Assembly (NCBI GenBank): GCA_004431415.1
Contig: QPMI01000697.1
Span: 1-58,364 of the forward strand
Source: Cyanophora paradoxa CCMP329
Lineage: Eukaryota > Plantae > Glaucophyta
Reading direction: 5' to 3'
DNA length: 58,364 bases
Below are positions 45,001-58,254 of the stretch, piece by piece; the stretch's first letter is position 1, and each line of letters begins with the position of its first letter. A program made the position numbers and the translations under genes. Under the pieces are notes generated by a model, which worked only from the letters and a program-made list of their open reading frames with translations, was not told the origin of the DNA and did not search any database.

Positions 45001-48000
45001 GTCGTCCACCACCTGCGCCCCCGGCCCCGCCCCGCTCGAGCCAACGCCCCGGGGCCCGACGAGGCCACGCGGCCGGCGGCGCGGCGGGGGCGGCGCGGAA
45101 GGCGGGAGGGCTGACCCACTTGGCGACGCCCATCTTGGCGAGCTGGCGGGCGTAGACCTTCTCCTCGATGGTGCCGGCGGTGACGAGGCGGTAGATGTGG
45201 ACGGTCTTGGTCTGCCCGAAGCGGTAGACGCGGCACGCCGCCTCGACGTCGTGGCACGGGTTCCACGAGACGTCGAAGAGGACGACCCGGTTGGCGCCCG
45301 TCAGCGTGATCCCCTCGCCCCCCGCCAGCGTCGAGATCACGAAGACGTCGCACGCCGCCGCCGGGTCGTTCAGCCGTGCGATCCGCGCCGCCCGCTCCGC
45401 CAGCGGCACTTGCCCGTGGAAGCCGTCGACGGCGAGGAGCGCGCGGGCCGGGGCGCCGCGGGCGAGCAGGAGGGCGTTGTGGCGAGCGAGGGCCCCCTCG
45501 ATGTAGCGGAACGCGTCCAGCGAGCGCGTGAAGACCACGAGGCGGTCCCCGCGCGCCTTGCTGTGCACCGCGATGTGCAGCAGCATCAGCTGCGCCCCCG
45601 CCGCGTCAGCAAAGGGAGGTGGAGGGAGGGGGCGAGGGAGGGGGCTCGCCATCTTGGGCGAGACGTGGAGGCTGTGGGCGGCGCGCTCGTCGTAGCGCAT
45701 CTCCGCAAGGGCGGCCTCCAGCCAGACCAGGCGCGAGGCGATCAGCTCCGCTCCGGGGGCGCACCACGGCGCCGCCGCCGCCGCCGCCGCCGGCGCCGAC
45801 GGCGGCTCCACCAGCTCGCAGTCCGAATCGTCCGCGTCCAGCGCGGCGGCCACGGCCGAGGACGAGGAGGAGGCGGACGCCTCCGCGGCCGAGGCGGAGG
45901 CGGAGGCGGAGGCGGAGGGGGCGGGCGGGGCGGCGAGGCGCGCGGCGGCGTAGGCGCGGAGGATGTCGGGGTGGCCGAGGAGCATGACGAGGGCGTCGTA
46001 GGCCCAGAAGTGGACGCGGTTGGTGAAGTCGCCCGACTTGATGGCGGCGACGAGCAGGCGGTAGAGGGCCACCTGCTCCTCCGACGGCCGCAGCCGCAGC
46101 GTCACCTCCACCTTCCGCGGCAGCTGCGACTGCGCCCGCCCCTCGCTCGCTCGCGTGCTCGCGGGCGGGGCGAGGCGCGCGGGGCGAGGCGGCGTGCCTG
46201 GAGAATAGTGGCGTCGCGTCGGAGGACGATGGGGCGCAGCGCGTCGTGGAGGAGCCACGCGCGCCGGCGCCCGTGCGAGATCTGCGCCGGCGTCGCGCGC
46301 TGCGGGCGAGGGGCGGCCGTCAGAAATGATTGGAGCGGGGCGGGGCGGGGCGGGGCGGGGGGGGGCGGGGCGGGGCGGACGGGGAAGGAGGCGCGGAGGA
46401 CGGGGCGCTCGAAGCAGAGGCGAAAGTGGTGGACGCCGCCGAGGCAGCCCGGCCGCACAAACTCCAGCATCGAGTAGTACTCCGTCAGGTTGCTGCGCCC
46501 GCCCGCCCGCCCATCAGCTCCCGGGGCGTGCTCGGGTGGGAAAGCGGGCGCGGGCCGCACTTCTGGAGCGGGTAGCCGGTGAGGACGGCGCGGCGCGGGG
46601 TGGCGACGCTGGCGAGGGCGCGGGAGACGGCGGCCCCGAGGTCCTTGAGCTTGTGGCCCTCGTCGGCGACCACCACGTCCGGCCCCGGCGCGCACAGCGG
46701 CTCCCGCAGCGCCGAGTCCCCGTCCTGCGCGCCCGTCAGGCGGCGCGTGCGGGCGGGCGCGGCGGGGGCGGGCGGGCCTGGGCCAGGCGGCGGAACATGT
46801 CGTAGTTGACGAGGAAGACGCCGCCCTGGCGGTGCCACGCGGCGAGCGCCGCGACGCGCTCCTCGCGCGTGCGGCTCCGCGCCCGCTCGAAGCTGTGCAC
46901 GGGCGGCACGGCCTCCGGGGGGCAGCGCGGCCGCAGCCACCGCGCGAACTCGTCCTCCCAGGAGCGCACGACGGTGGCCGGGCAGAGGACGAGGATCGTG
47001 CGCGCGGCGCCGGCCGCGTAGAGCGCCTGCGAGAGCGCGACAACCTGCAGCGTCTTCCTGCTCGGCCGCCCCGGGCGATCAGCCGAGGCCGGCCTCTCGG
47101 GCGGGCGGAGCGGAGCAGAACGGCGCGGCGCACCCGAGGCCCATGTGGTCGGCGAGGACGCAGCCGCCGGGCTCGCCCACGAAGCGGAGGGGCGAGTCGG
47201 GCGCGGGGCGCGGGGCCGAAGCGGCGGCCTCGCCGCCGGCGAGGTGGCACCACATGAAGCGGATGCCCTCGACCTGGTGCGGGCGCAGGCACGCCGACAG
47301 CGCCGGCGGGAGCCGCACGGGCGCCCCGTCCTTCGGGTGCCGCCCGATCACGAGCCCCAGCGGGTCCGCTGGCACGAGGGCGGCGGGGCGCTGCGGCGCC
47401 TGCGGCTGCGCCGCGCCGACCGCAGGGCCTGGGACGGCGCGCGCCGCGATCGATCCGGCGATCGAATCCGCCGCGCTGCAGAAGGAGGAGAAGGAGGAGC
47501 GCCCGCCGGGGCGAATCGTGGCGAGCACGTCCGCCGGAGGGCGGCGGAGGGGCGACGCGGAGAAGACCGACGGGGCCGGGGCTGACGAGAGGTCTGGAGG
47601 CGAGACGCTGGCCTGAGAGCGCTGGGCGGGCGATGTGTGGCTCGACGAGAGCGCGCCGAAGCTGGCGGAGCCGGCTGCGAGATCTTCGACGCACATGGCG
47701 TCGGTCCGGCCGGCCGTCCCAGCGCCGCGGGATCCATCGAGCGCGACCGAAGTGAGCTCGGGCATGCCGAGATCGCCGCCCTCGATGCTGCTGTTGCTGC
47801 CGAGGGACGGGGTAGCATCCGCGGAACAGGGCGCGCCCGCCGCGGAGGAGCTCTCTTCTGCGGGAGTCGGGCAAGGCCGCTTGTCGGAAGTCGCCGGGAG
47901 CGCCGCCTTCCGCTTTCTTTTCCTCCGCTTGGCAGACGATGAAGTGAGAGCCGAGTCATTGTTGGGAGTCTGCCGTGGCGAAGCGATGAGCAAGATGGCG

Positions 48001-48480
48001 CACGTGACAGGAGCGCGCGCGCAACAAATGGAGCGAACCGGAGATGGACGGGGTGTCTGCAACCGGATCACGGCCTTGACGGCTTCGAGCTCGCGATGCA
48101 AGACGGCAACGGTAGCCTCAAGGTCGACGATCCGTCGCTCGAGGGCAGGGCAGCTCTGGCAACCGAGGGGCCAAGAGCCGGGGGTGAAGAGGATTGGCGT
48201 CGGCCTGCGCGGCGATCGGAGGAGATCGAATGAAAGGAAGACCGTAATCGAAGGAATGGGCGCACGCGATTTGCGCCGCGCCCGGCGGGAATGGCGCGAA
48301 CATTGGCGGGGGTGCTCAGCGTCTTCGTGCTATTACTCTTGGTTGTATCATTAAGCTGGTGTCCAAGATCGCGGCGATGCAAGAAGAGGTCGAGGCGGAG
48401 TTGGCGAGGGCGGCGTTGGTGAGAGCAGCGTGAAGATGCAGCGACATAGGATCCGGGGCTTCGGCGGTCATCATGACGAC
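42050..48480 (-). CDS. Host SNF2-family helicase, ATRX/ARIP4 (RAD54L2)-like, multi-exon
   Basis: LRPHQVEGIRFMW, LADHMGLG|KTLQ, ADEGHKLK, LTGYPLQ, SPKM|LMLL, GITLTGANRVVLFDVSWNP..RVYRFGQ. The low-complexity exons at 42.0-43.3 kb are joined by inference; both ends approximate. Confidence 0.88.
43343..44317 (-). ncRNA. Tandem array of 8 box C/D snoRNAs, snR61/SNORD38 (U38)-like
   Basis: Each unit of ~71 nt reads C box (GTGATGA, TTGATGA or AGGATGA), guide CCAGTTCTGCTT + D' CCGA, C' TGAAGA, second guide + D CTGA. The guide is antisense to conserved LSU rRNA AAGCAGAACUGG. D boxes start at 43343, 43471, 43599, 43727, 43855, 43980, 44108 and 44245. Confidence 0.82.
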
Positions 48481-48929
48481 GTTTTCTGAAACGAATCCAG
48501 AGTGCTGTGAGCGTGTGACTGCTGTGCGGCCGGCGAGAGTGTTGGCGATTTGCTTCGAGTGTGTGTACCCCGGGAACACCCTTCAGTGCCGTTGCAACTT
48601 GCAAGCGTCCAGCGCATCACACACACCACCCGCAGCTCATCGCCCAGCCAGAGCCCAGCCTCCCGCAGGCTTTCAATCTAGAAAGGAAGCTCCCCCGAGG
48701 CCGGTTAGCCCAGCAGCGTGACCGAAAGAGACCTCGTGACGATGTTCCCGCTGGCGGTTGAGGAGTCGGCGATGTATGCGTCTCCAGGTCCGCGGAGTGA
48801 CCGAAATGTCCACTTAAAGTAGTTTAGCTTGCGCCAACGACCGTCTAGGCTAGGAAACGGTGGCGCGGGCCTTGATCTGAGCGGATTCCGAGGGCCGCAG
48901 CTGATCGGGGGCCGGGGGCGGCAGGAGCG

Positions 48930-50537
48930 GTGAAGAAAAGCATCCTGAGGCTGGACCTGGTGCCGGCCCTGGACCAGATGGAGGCGGACCTGAAGGCGAA
49001 AGCGGGAGCCGGTTCGGGCCCCGACCCGAAGCCGCAGCCGGCAGGCCGCTCTGACGCGGAGGGTCCCTTGCCTGCAGAGGCGATGGGCCTGGTGATCTCG
49101 GAGCAGCCGGGGACGCGCGTCGGGTCGCTGGCGCCGACGCCGCGCGAGCTCTCCGAGGCCGGCGAGGAGTACGAGGCGGCCAAGCTCGCGCTCCTCAACA
49201 AGCGCTTCGCCCCGCTCGGCGTCATCGTCGAGCGCTCCCCGGCGCGCCCCCTCGAGCGCGGCTCGCCCGAGTCCGTCCGGACGGCCGGTGGGGAGGCGGC
49301 GGCGGCGGCGCCGCCGCGCCCGACGACGGCGGGGGCCGGCCCGGGGCGAGGCCCGGGTCAGCGGCCAGCAGCCGTCGCTCGTCCCTGCGCAGCGTCGGCG
49401 GCCTCTCCGTCGACAGCGCCCTCCGCCCCTCCAAGTGCGCCCCTCCGCCCCGCCCCGGCCCGCCCCGCTCGGCGGCGGCCGGCGCCGACGCCTGCTGCGG
49501 CGGCGCGGGGGCAGGGAGCCGGCGATTGGGTTCCGGCGGACGGCGCTGGACGACGCGGCGCCCGAGGGCGAGTACGAGGGCCAGCGCGAGGTCCGCCCCC
49601 CCGCCCCCCGCCGGCCCCGGCGCGGACTGAGCGGGCGGGGCGGGGCGGGGCGGGGCAGGTGCACCAGCTGGTGAGCCGCATCACGGCGGTCCGCAGGGAG
49701 CGCGACCTCTTCGCCGCCAAGGCCAGCCGCCCCGGGCCCGGGCCCCGGGGGCGCCGCGGGCGCCGAGGTCGGGACTGGGGCATGACTGGCGGGGCCGGCA
49801 GATCGAGGGGGCGGTACGGGCGGCGGCTGAGGCGGAGGCGGCGGCGGCCTCGGCGCGGTGCGCGGCGGAGAAGGACCGGCGGGCGGCGCGGGCGGCGGCG
49901 GAGCGCGTGGTGGCGGCGCACGCGAAGCTGCGGGCGCTGGAGGCGGAGCGGGAGCTGTACCGCCGGCGGGCGGGGCGGGCGGCCGAGGAGGCGGCCGCCG
50001 CAGCGCGCACGGCCGGCGAGGCGGAGAAGGCGCTCGAGGCGGCGGGGCGCGAGCGCGAGGACGCCGCCGCCGCCGCCGCCGCCGCCGAGCGCGAGGCGCG
50101 CCCTCTCCCGCCCCCCCGCCCCTCCCTCTCACGCGCCTGGGCAGGTCTCGGAGGCGCGGCGGCAGCGGGACCTGGCGGCTCGGGCGCGCACGGAGGCGGC
50201 GGCGCAGGCGCGGGCGGCCGAGGAGGCCTGCCGCTCCGCAGAGGCAGGCGCCCGCGGCGCCGAGCGCGTCGCCGAGGCGGCCGTCGGGCGCGTCAAGGCC
50301 GTCGCGGCGCTGCTCGCGCGGGCCCGCGCCGAGCGCGCGGGGGCCGAGCGGGCGGCGCGCGCCGAGGAGCAGCGGGCGGGGGAGGCCGGCCGGCGGGCGG
50401 CGTCGCTGGCGGCGGAGCTGCAGCGGCAGCGGGCGGCGTGGGCGGACGACGTGCGCGCCCTCGCCCGGGCCGCTCTCCAGCCGGGGCCCCGCGCCGCCTG
50501 CTCCTTCGAGGACGACCTGGAGGCCCCCGCCGCCTGA
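48930..50537 (+). CDS. Host coiled-coil protein, multi-exon
   Basis: A/E/R-rich helical exons separated by short GC-rich introns; start uncertain. Confidence 0.6.
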   Translation: MKKSILRLDLVPALDQMEADLKAKAGAGSGPDPKPQPAGRSDAEGPLPAEAMGLVISEQPGTRVGSLAPTPRELSEAGEEYEAAKLALLNKRFAPLGVIVERSPARPLERGSPESVRTAGGEAAAAAPPRPTTAGAGPGRGPGQRPAAVARPCAASAASPSTAPSAPPSAPLRPAPARPARRRPAPTPAAAARGQGAGDWVPADGAGRRGARGRVRGPARGPPPRPPPAPARTERAGRGGAGQVHQLVSRITAVRRERDLFAAKASRPGPGPRGRRGRRGRDWGMTGGAGRSRGRYGRRLRRRRRRPRRGARRRRTGGRRGRRRSAWWRRTRSCGRWRRSGSCTAGGRGGRPRRRPPQRARPARRRRRSRRRGASARTPPPPPPPPSARRALSRPPAPPSHAPGQVSEARRQRDLAARARTEAAAQARAAEEACRSAEAGARGAERVAEAAVGRVKAVAALLARARAERAGAERAARAEEQRAGEAGRRAASLAAELQRQRAAWADDVRALARAALQPGPRAACSFEDDLEAPAA

Positions 50538-51974
50538 GGCGGGCGGGGGGGCGAGCCCCGGGAGGGAGGTTGGGGGCTCAAGTCGTCGTCGACACGATAT
50601 CCTTCCGAGTGGGCCCACGGGGCCAAAAGGGGCGCGGCGCTTACTTTGCGCCGCCGCCCCACGCATTAGAGTAGTAGGAACAGCGGGAGACTCTGAGAAA
50701 GACAGACAGAGGCTGGATTATTTGTGATCGCGTTCGAGCGTAGCCGGTCTTTATTGCATGGCCGGTAGCATGTGGGTTTGCAATTGTGCAGGCTCGTGTA
50801 ATTAATTATGAGAAGCCTTGAAGCCTCACGAGTCACTTAGCCTCGGAGCCACGGTATCGATGAAACTTCGGACACCCTTATATATACTATGATATATAAA
50901 AATAACTGAATCAAAGCGTGCAGCCCTGGCAGTATAGCGATCGAACCCTCCGAGCTCGAGACTCATGATCATGCTCAGACCCTTCAACTTGGCCAATTGG
51001 CAAGGGCGAAAGGCTTCCAAAGCTCGCACCCCCACGCACGTGCAGTCTTTAATTATATTTCAATTCCCGAAGCTAGCGCTCGGGCTGAAGCTTCAACTTA
51101 ATTAGTTGAATTCCGAGTTCGAAACCCATCATGGCATCTCGAAGCCTGGTTCGTTCTCAGAGGCCGGCGCCGCGCCGCATGCGCAGTGCCGCATGCATGG
51201 TCTGCCTGGCCCGGCCCCGATTCACGTGCACGGCTGCAGACTCTGAGAAAGCCTTGACTTGGTCCCCGGCCCGGAAGGGGACCGTCGACGTCGAACGGCG
51301 AACTTCCGAAATTCGGAAGCCTGGATAAGCTTAAGTCAGCGGAGTAGGCTCCAGGACAGAGATACGGCGACGGAAAGAAACCGTGGACGAGGCGAAGGGC
51401 GTGCATTAGAGCGGGGCCGGGGAGCCGAACTTCGGAAGGCAGAAGCGCTAGCAGAGCGTGGGCCGAGGAGGCTACAACTTTCGCAATTGACGGACTTGGG
51501 AGGCGCGAGGCACTGCGGTGGCTGGCATTGGGGCACACACAAAATAAATTGCACAGCTTCGTGGCCGAAGGGCCGGACCTCGGCTTGACGCCACAATCGC
51601 GACCTCGGCTAGTCTACACATGTACACTTACGGTGAACATCGGAAAACTATTATTCGGGTAAAGTGGGGAAGCCCCGTCGGGAAACGTGGTATATCGTTA
51701 TGAACTGCTGCAGCCGACTCGAATCGAATGGAACGCTGCAGCTAGTATACACGGCAAAGTACACGCGAAGGCAATTGCATCAAAATGATGATAGAGCACC
51801 GAAATCGAATCGATTTCGGTACCTATGACAAAGCAAGGCATTATGATAAATAACCCGAAGAAACCCACGATGGCGAGATTTACACTGAACGGGCGCGCGC
51901 ACTATCCTATCTTCTACGCGCTCTCTAACTAGGCGAAAGGAAACGGGCGTGTTGCAGTTCACGAGGCCCGCGGC

Positions 51975-54900
51975 TTAGAAGGAAATCGGGGAGGGCGTGC
52001 GGGTCGCCGCGAGGTCGTCCACGCGGAGCTCGCCGCGGCCGCGGCCGGGGCTGAGGTCGCGGACGGGCGTGAGCTCCGCCTCGGCGGCCTGGTTCGGGGC
52101 GAGGAGGCCGGTGCGCGAGGCCGACTGGAAGCCGCGGGTCGCCGACGCCAGCTCCGAGAGCGACGAGACGACGAAGCTCGGGGCGCGGGGCGCGGCCTGC
52201 CGCGATCGCGATCGCGCGCGTGAGCCACCGCAGCCGCGACGACGACGGTGGGCGCGGGCTTCGCACCTTGGGGCGCATCGGGGCGTCGGGGATGACGAGG
52301 TTGACGGGGTTCGCGGCGGCGACGGGCGCGGGGGAGCGGGAGCGCAGGACGAGGAGGGTGGCGGCGACGGCGACGGCGGCGAGCGCGGCGACGCCGGCCG
52401 GGACACCTGTCGGAGGGCCGCGGGTCAGCGGACAAGTCGAGAACAGCGCGCGCAGAGTCCGCGAGGGGGCGCGCGGACCGATGGCGACGGCGAGGATGGA
52501 GCCCGAGGTGGAGGAGCCGGCCGAGGCGGCGCCGGTGGCGGCCTCGCCGGCGGCGGCGGCGAAGGAGCCGGACTGGGCGGCGCCCGCAAAGATGGACTTG
52601 AGGATGGTGCCGCTGCCGGTCTTGAATGCCGAGCAGGCGAGGAACTCCTTGTAGTCGACCTTGGGGCTGTTGCTCGGCTGGAACCAGCTCTCCGACTGAT
52701 CGCCAGCGGCGGCGGTATCGGGCGTGCAGCACAGGCCGGCGGCGTTGCAGAGAGTCACGTTGTAGCTGAGGAGAGCGTGAGGGCGCACGCAAGGCACAAG
52801 TACTGGATGAATTTTGGAAAAAGCACCTGTAGCACTTGGACGGCTGGAGATCCTGCAGGATTCTCGCGTTGGCCGCGTCAAGGCCGCCGCTGTACTGTAG
52901 AGGTGAAGCTCACGATCAGAGCGCGTCTGGGGAAAGGCAGCATGGAGGGCGAGACGCACGGAGAGCTCCTGGTACTTGAGGAGGGACATGCCGTTGTTGC
53001 CGGCGATGTAGCGGCGGAGAACAGCGCGCCACGTGCCGCCGTTCTCATCGATCGCAGCACCGCCCGAGTACCTGGCAGCGCCAGTCAGAAGAGAGACAAG
53101 TCAATCGAGAAGCACTGTAGGAAACTGACTGGATGGCAGGCCAGAAGACCATAGCAGTCTTGAAACCCATTGCGGACAGCGATTCATCCGAAAACATAGG
53201 GTCCTCAGCCACGAGAGCATCATTCGCATTGATGCCCACCGCGTTCTTGGTCTGTGTGCATTGGCAACTTAAGAGTCAGCTATTGAGAACATTCGAGTTC
53301 GGCCGCGACGCACCGACATGCCGGCGTAGTAGCCATTCCCAGAGGTGCTGGACGTGGTGGGAACTCCGCAAACCGGAGCGACGGCTGCGCAACCGAGTCA
53401 GACCAAGCGCAACAGGCTTGATCAGTCAACCGAAGGCTGGCGTTCGCACGGTCAATTGTAACCGACGCCGACTCAGGCGCGCTGCAGCGCTCAAGGTTCG
53501 CATCGTTGCAAGCGACGACAGTGAAGGTGTAGGTGTTGCCTGCGAATAACATATTAATTCATGAGAATCAAACAACCCCTCGCCTGGTTCGTGGTCACCG
53601 GGGCACAAATCGGTGGTCACGGAGCTGGACTCCGTGGTGTTAGTGGCCGTTGTGGCCGTGACGGCCGTGAACGGAGTCTTCGGCGTGAGCGCATTGAGCG
53701 GGCACGCGATCTCGCTGGTGGGCCTGCCCAGGGTGATCTTGTACTGCAAGTTCATAGGAGTCAGCAAATTAATGCGGGTGCATCGTGTCATTCACAGAGC
53801 CTTGCCTTGACAGGGGCGGCGCCACCGTCATAGGCGGAGAAGGTGTAGGCGACGGTCCCCGGGGTGCCGGCGGGGTACGAGAAGGTGCCCGCGGTCGCGG
53901 TGATGGAGGTGACAGCGGACGGGGCGACGGCTGCGTCCAGAGGTCTCACGATTAGCTGTCATGTTGTGTGCAAAAACTGGCGAAAAGAGCTTTCGCACGC
54001 ACGATCGATCAGCTTGATGACTGTAGAAGCTGCTGAGCACCCAGCATCGTTGCAGGCCTTCACGTCGATGATGTACTTGTAGCCCGGGCACACGTAGTCC
54101 AGGTCGACAGAGAGCGCCGCGTCCGCGCCAGCGCTGACAGTGATAGTGGAGCCGACGGTGAAGACTCCGCTGCCGTCGGGCTTGCTGAGCACGAAGCCCG
54201 AGGGGCAGTCCATGATGTCTCCGTTAGCGGTATTCTTTTCCACGCTGACGAGCTTGACTTCGTACTGCGTTTATTCAGAGGGCATATCAGCACCGCCATT
54301 AAGCAGCAGGAGAGAGGGCGCACGGAAGTCGGGGCGGGGGCGGTCAGGTCGGCGTTCCTCGACGCGGTCAGCGTGCTGGGGATTCCCTTGGCGGAGTCGT
54401 AGTTCAAGTAGTCGGGCGTGAGGGCCGCGTTTGCGGGCTCCAGGGGTTTCGGGGACGGCTGCGGGGTGCTATCTCCGCCAACCGTGCCGGCGTTGCAGTG
54501 CGACTCCTTGTCATTGATTGTTGGGTTGATGAAATCATCAGCCCTGTTCGACTCGCTCAGGTCTTGAGGGGCGAAATTAAAAAAGATATCTGTTACCAGC
54601 ACTCGCCGTCTCCGGCAATCGGTGTGAGCTGGGGATTTGAAAGTGTGAGAAAGGAACGCGGCGCGTTCCGAAACGCTGTAGCCGAAGCCGCACCATTATG
54701 AAGGCCTGGCGGCCGGGCGTGCATGCGGCCGACGAGTCCTTGGAGAACCCAATCTTGAAGTTGACGGTCCAGACCTTGATTTCCTCGTTCTGATTGGAAA
54801 TCTTCAACGAGGTGTACTTGATCGTGAAGTCGTACTCTTTGTCCGAGATGACGCCCGACAGGGTAGCCGCAGCTTGGAGGTCAGAGTTGAGCGAATTGCG

Positions 54901-55402
54901 CTGTGTCGTTGACAGAGAGAAGGGGCCCACTGAGACGAGAGGTGCAGCGTTCGGATTGCCCCCATGCCTCATTTGCAGAACGATGTCCGGATTCGGGAGC
55001 CTGCGCACGTGGATTCGAAATCGGACCCATGACCAGATAACTGTGAAGATGTGAAAGCACTTACAAGTTAATCTCGAAATCAGAACATTCGATGAAACAG
55101 TGTGTCGTGTTGCAGCCCCCGCTCCTGCACTTGTCGCCGACATTGTTGACGCCGGCGCTACGAGCGATAAGCAAATTAGTTGAGTACTAGTGTCAAGTTC
55201 GCGCCGCAGTCGCGCGTACTTTGAGAGGTCGAGGCCTGCGTGCGGCGCGGGGCGCGTCAGCTCAGATTCGAGGGCCAGGCTTTAGGATTTGCAATCAGGT
55301 AAGCTTACAGGTCGGTCTAGCCAGCGACTGAACGGCAAGGCTGAACACGACGGCGAGGGCCAGGGTGAGGCCGAAGCCCCCCATAAGACGACGTTGCGCC
55401 AT
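51975..55402 (-). CDS. Host type-I membrane protein with fibronectin type III-like repeats, multi-exon
   Basis: Signal peptide MAQRRLMGGFGLTLALAVVFSLAV; repeats YKYIIDVKACNDAGCS, YTFTVVACNDAN, SYNVTLCNAAG; C-terminal TM GVAALAAVAVAATLLVL. Confidence 0.72.
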
Positions 55403-56859
55403 GGCTTTCGAGAAAGTAGGTCTGAGAATAAGATTCAGATCTAGAGAAGATAATTTTTGGCAGGGCTTGGGGAAGGCGAAAGCGCAGGGCCAAAGTCAAG
55501 TGGACGCACCCGAGATCTAGAGTCAGGGCAACCACGGAACCAGCTCGTCTGAACGGGCGAAAGTCAGACCTGGGTGATCAAGATTGCAAAACCGCGATCA
55601 TAGAGCGTTTAGAAGGTCTGGTGCCGTGCCCACTGGTATTGACTCTGAGGAGTCTAGAAGGAAGGGACTCGGCCGGGGGATTTTAGGCTGGGCGGCTTCG
55701 GCCTCGCAGGATTCAGCGATCTAGGCCACGGCCAGCGACGGCCGCGGTCACTGGTGCCCGGGGCATGATCGCGCGCAACGTTTAACCGCAAATTTCAGAT
55801 CTAGAGAGCTGCGGATGGTGGGCAATCGGGGGCGCAGCCGCGCTCGAGGAAGCCGCAAACGGGGCCCTAGAGATAAGAGCCGTCCGAAAGGCTTGGAAAA
55901 GGCCGCACGGCGTTCCGCGGTCCCGGCAACCGCCAGCCCGCCCTCAAAAAACCGCGCGGGGAAGCGGCAGCCGGCCGCGGATCTCGGGCGTACCTGGAGC
56001 TGGATGAGCGCACTGCCGCTGTGATACCAGCGAAGTGCTGTGTCCCGCTGCTGCTGCTGAGGGCGCGGGATGGTCGGTGGGATCCTCGCAACCGCGACCG
56101 CTCGAACTGTCTGCAGGCTGCGGCTCGCCGGCTGCGCGACCGAGGTTGCGGGACGCCGGGAGCAGGATCTGCAGCTGCAGCATGCGTACCCCCTCCACGG
56201 AAACCCATAGAGGAAGCTCCGCGACGCACAAACCACCGGCGGTTCGAACTTGAACACGCAAAAACTGAATCGGCCTGTGGGCCCCAGGCTGTGGCAGATG
56301 TAGAGCGTCTGTAGCCGCCGCAAGTAGACGCCGAAATTTCAGCAGAACGTTATCTTTTAATTAAATTATATTGGGAGTTTGATTATAATTTATAACTATT
56401 ATTATTAGAATCGTTTTAAATTCAGTGTTTAAAACGTATATTGAACAGATATATATATAGTGTTTGTATATCAAAAAAAGGTTTCTTGTACGTACGAATT
56501 AAGCTTTCACTTTTAATTTTACTTTTCATGCCTCTTTAACTTTCATGTGTTCGATCGATCGTGCGTTCCGGCTCAGGGCCGTGCACGTGATTCGGCCCGT
56601 GAATCACGTTGTTCGAATTCCCTAATTTCCAGATGGGGGGAGGATCCGCCGCATCCGCGGACCCCCCCCCGGCCCGCCCCCTCGAGCTCGCTCGAGCTCC
56701 CTGCTCGCAGGCCCTAGCTGCGGAGCTCGAATCGAAATCGGAGTGCACGTGGCGGCGCCGCGCTGGCGACGTCGGCGACAGCGGGGGCGGGCGGCGCATC
56801 GGATACGGGGCAGGGCGTGGGCCTTTTAGATCTAGATGAGACTAGATCTAGATCTCACA

Positions 56860-58030
56860 GTCTAGTCCAGCAGGGGGTGGGATCCCCCGGAGTTGCCCGA
56901 GCGGGCCCCCGGGGGCGGCGGCGAGGGCGGGCGGGGCCCGGCGCCGGCGGAGGGGGCGGGCAGGTCGGGGGGCGGGAGGGCCTCCAGGAGGGGGAAGAAG
57001 TCCAGCGATGGGGGCCCGCGGTGGCCCGCGGGGGCGCCCCGGGGCGAGGGCGGGCGGGGGCGGGGCCAGGCCGGCCCGCGGGGGCCGGGCCGGGGCCGGG
57101 GCCAGGGGCGGGGGCGGGGCCCTCGTCGGCGAATCGGACGGCGCGGGCGGGCGCGCGGCCGGCCGCTCCTCGTCCTCGTCCTCCAGCAGGCTCGAGCTCG
57201 GGCCGGCGCCGCCCGCGGGCGCCCCGCCGGAGCAGCCGCCAGCAGCCGCGCCCCGCCGCCGCAGCCGCCGTCCTCGGACCCGCCTCGTCGTCCTCGTCCC
57301 CGTCGGCCGCCCTCAGCGGGGCGTACCCGTACCGTCCCTCCCGCGGGAGCCGGCCCCGCCCGCTGCGGCCGGGCGGCCCCGCCGCCGCGGCCCGCCGCCG
57401 CAGGATGAACGCCACGGCGCCCCCCGCCGCCAGCAGCGCCCCGCCCACGCCGAGCTTCGGGTCCGGTCGGGTCAGCAAAGGATAGACGTGAAGGGGGAGG
57501 CGGCGCACCGTGATCATGATCGCCAGGCGGCTCCGGGGCCCGAACTTCGGAACCCCGCCGCCTGCGCCAGCGCCTGCGGTACGCCCATCCGTCAGGAACT
57601 TCGGAACCCGGCGACTATTTTAGGAGCGGAAAAGGGGTACCTAGAGTGCGGTTGAATCGGCGGGGATCGCCGTCGCGGGAATCGCCGTCGCCGCCGCCGT
57701 CGTCGTCGAAGTAGGCGCCGGGATCGCTCGCCCCGTACGGCCTCACCGACACCTCCACGCCCTGCGGCGAATCAGTGAGCTAGACTGAGCGAGAAGGGAT
57801 GGCCATGGGGCGGGGCGGGCGCGCCGGGGCGGAGGCGGGCCAGTGGGCGAAGCTGTAAGGTGCGGAGGAGGTTTAGCTCCACCCTGTCCGATGGCTGATA
57901 GGTTTTTGACACAGCGTAACCAGTAGGCTCATCTCTCGACTTGACACTTTACGGAAACCTCAGTTCTATCATTAGCCGTATAGTCTCGGTGTGTGCGAAT
58001 TCATTGATTGGAAGGTGCGGAGGAGGTGCT
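56860..58030 (-). CDS. Host membrane protein, 3' exons only
   Basis: TM-like LGVGGALLAAGGAVAFILRRR and intron-like GC tracts; gene probably continues off the window. Confidence 0.4.
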
Positions 58031-58254
58031 GGCCCCCGCCCCGCAGCGGCACCGCGAAGCCCTGCGCCGCCCCGCGGCCGAGAGGTGAGGGGGAAGGGAA
58101 AAGGGGGGAAGGTGGAAGGGGCGGGGCGCACGGCGGCGGCGCCCGGGGCGGGGAGGAGGAAGCGGGAGCCGGCGAGGGAGAGGGCGCCACGGCTGTCCAG
58201 GCCCGCCCCCAGCAGGTCCCAGTGAGGGGGAAGGGAAAAGGGGGAAGGTGGGGA

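Noticed and set aside
41898-50727. Many long overlapping Arg/Gly/Pro/Ala-rich ORFs
   Set aside because: Stop-codon scarcity at extreme GC; the real genes are spliced.
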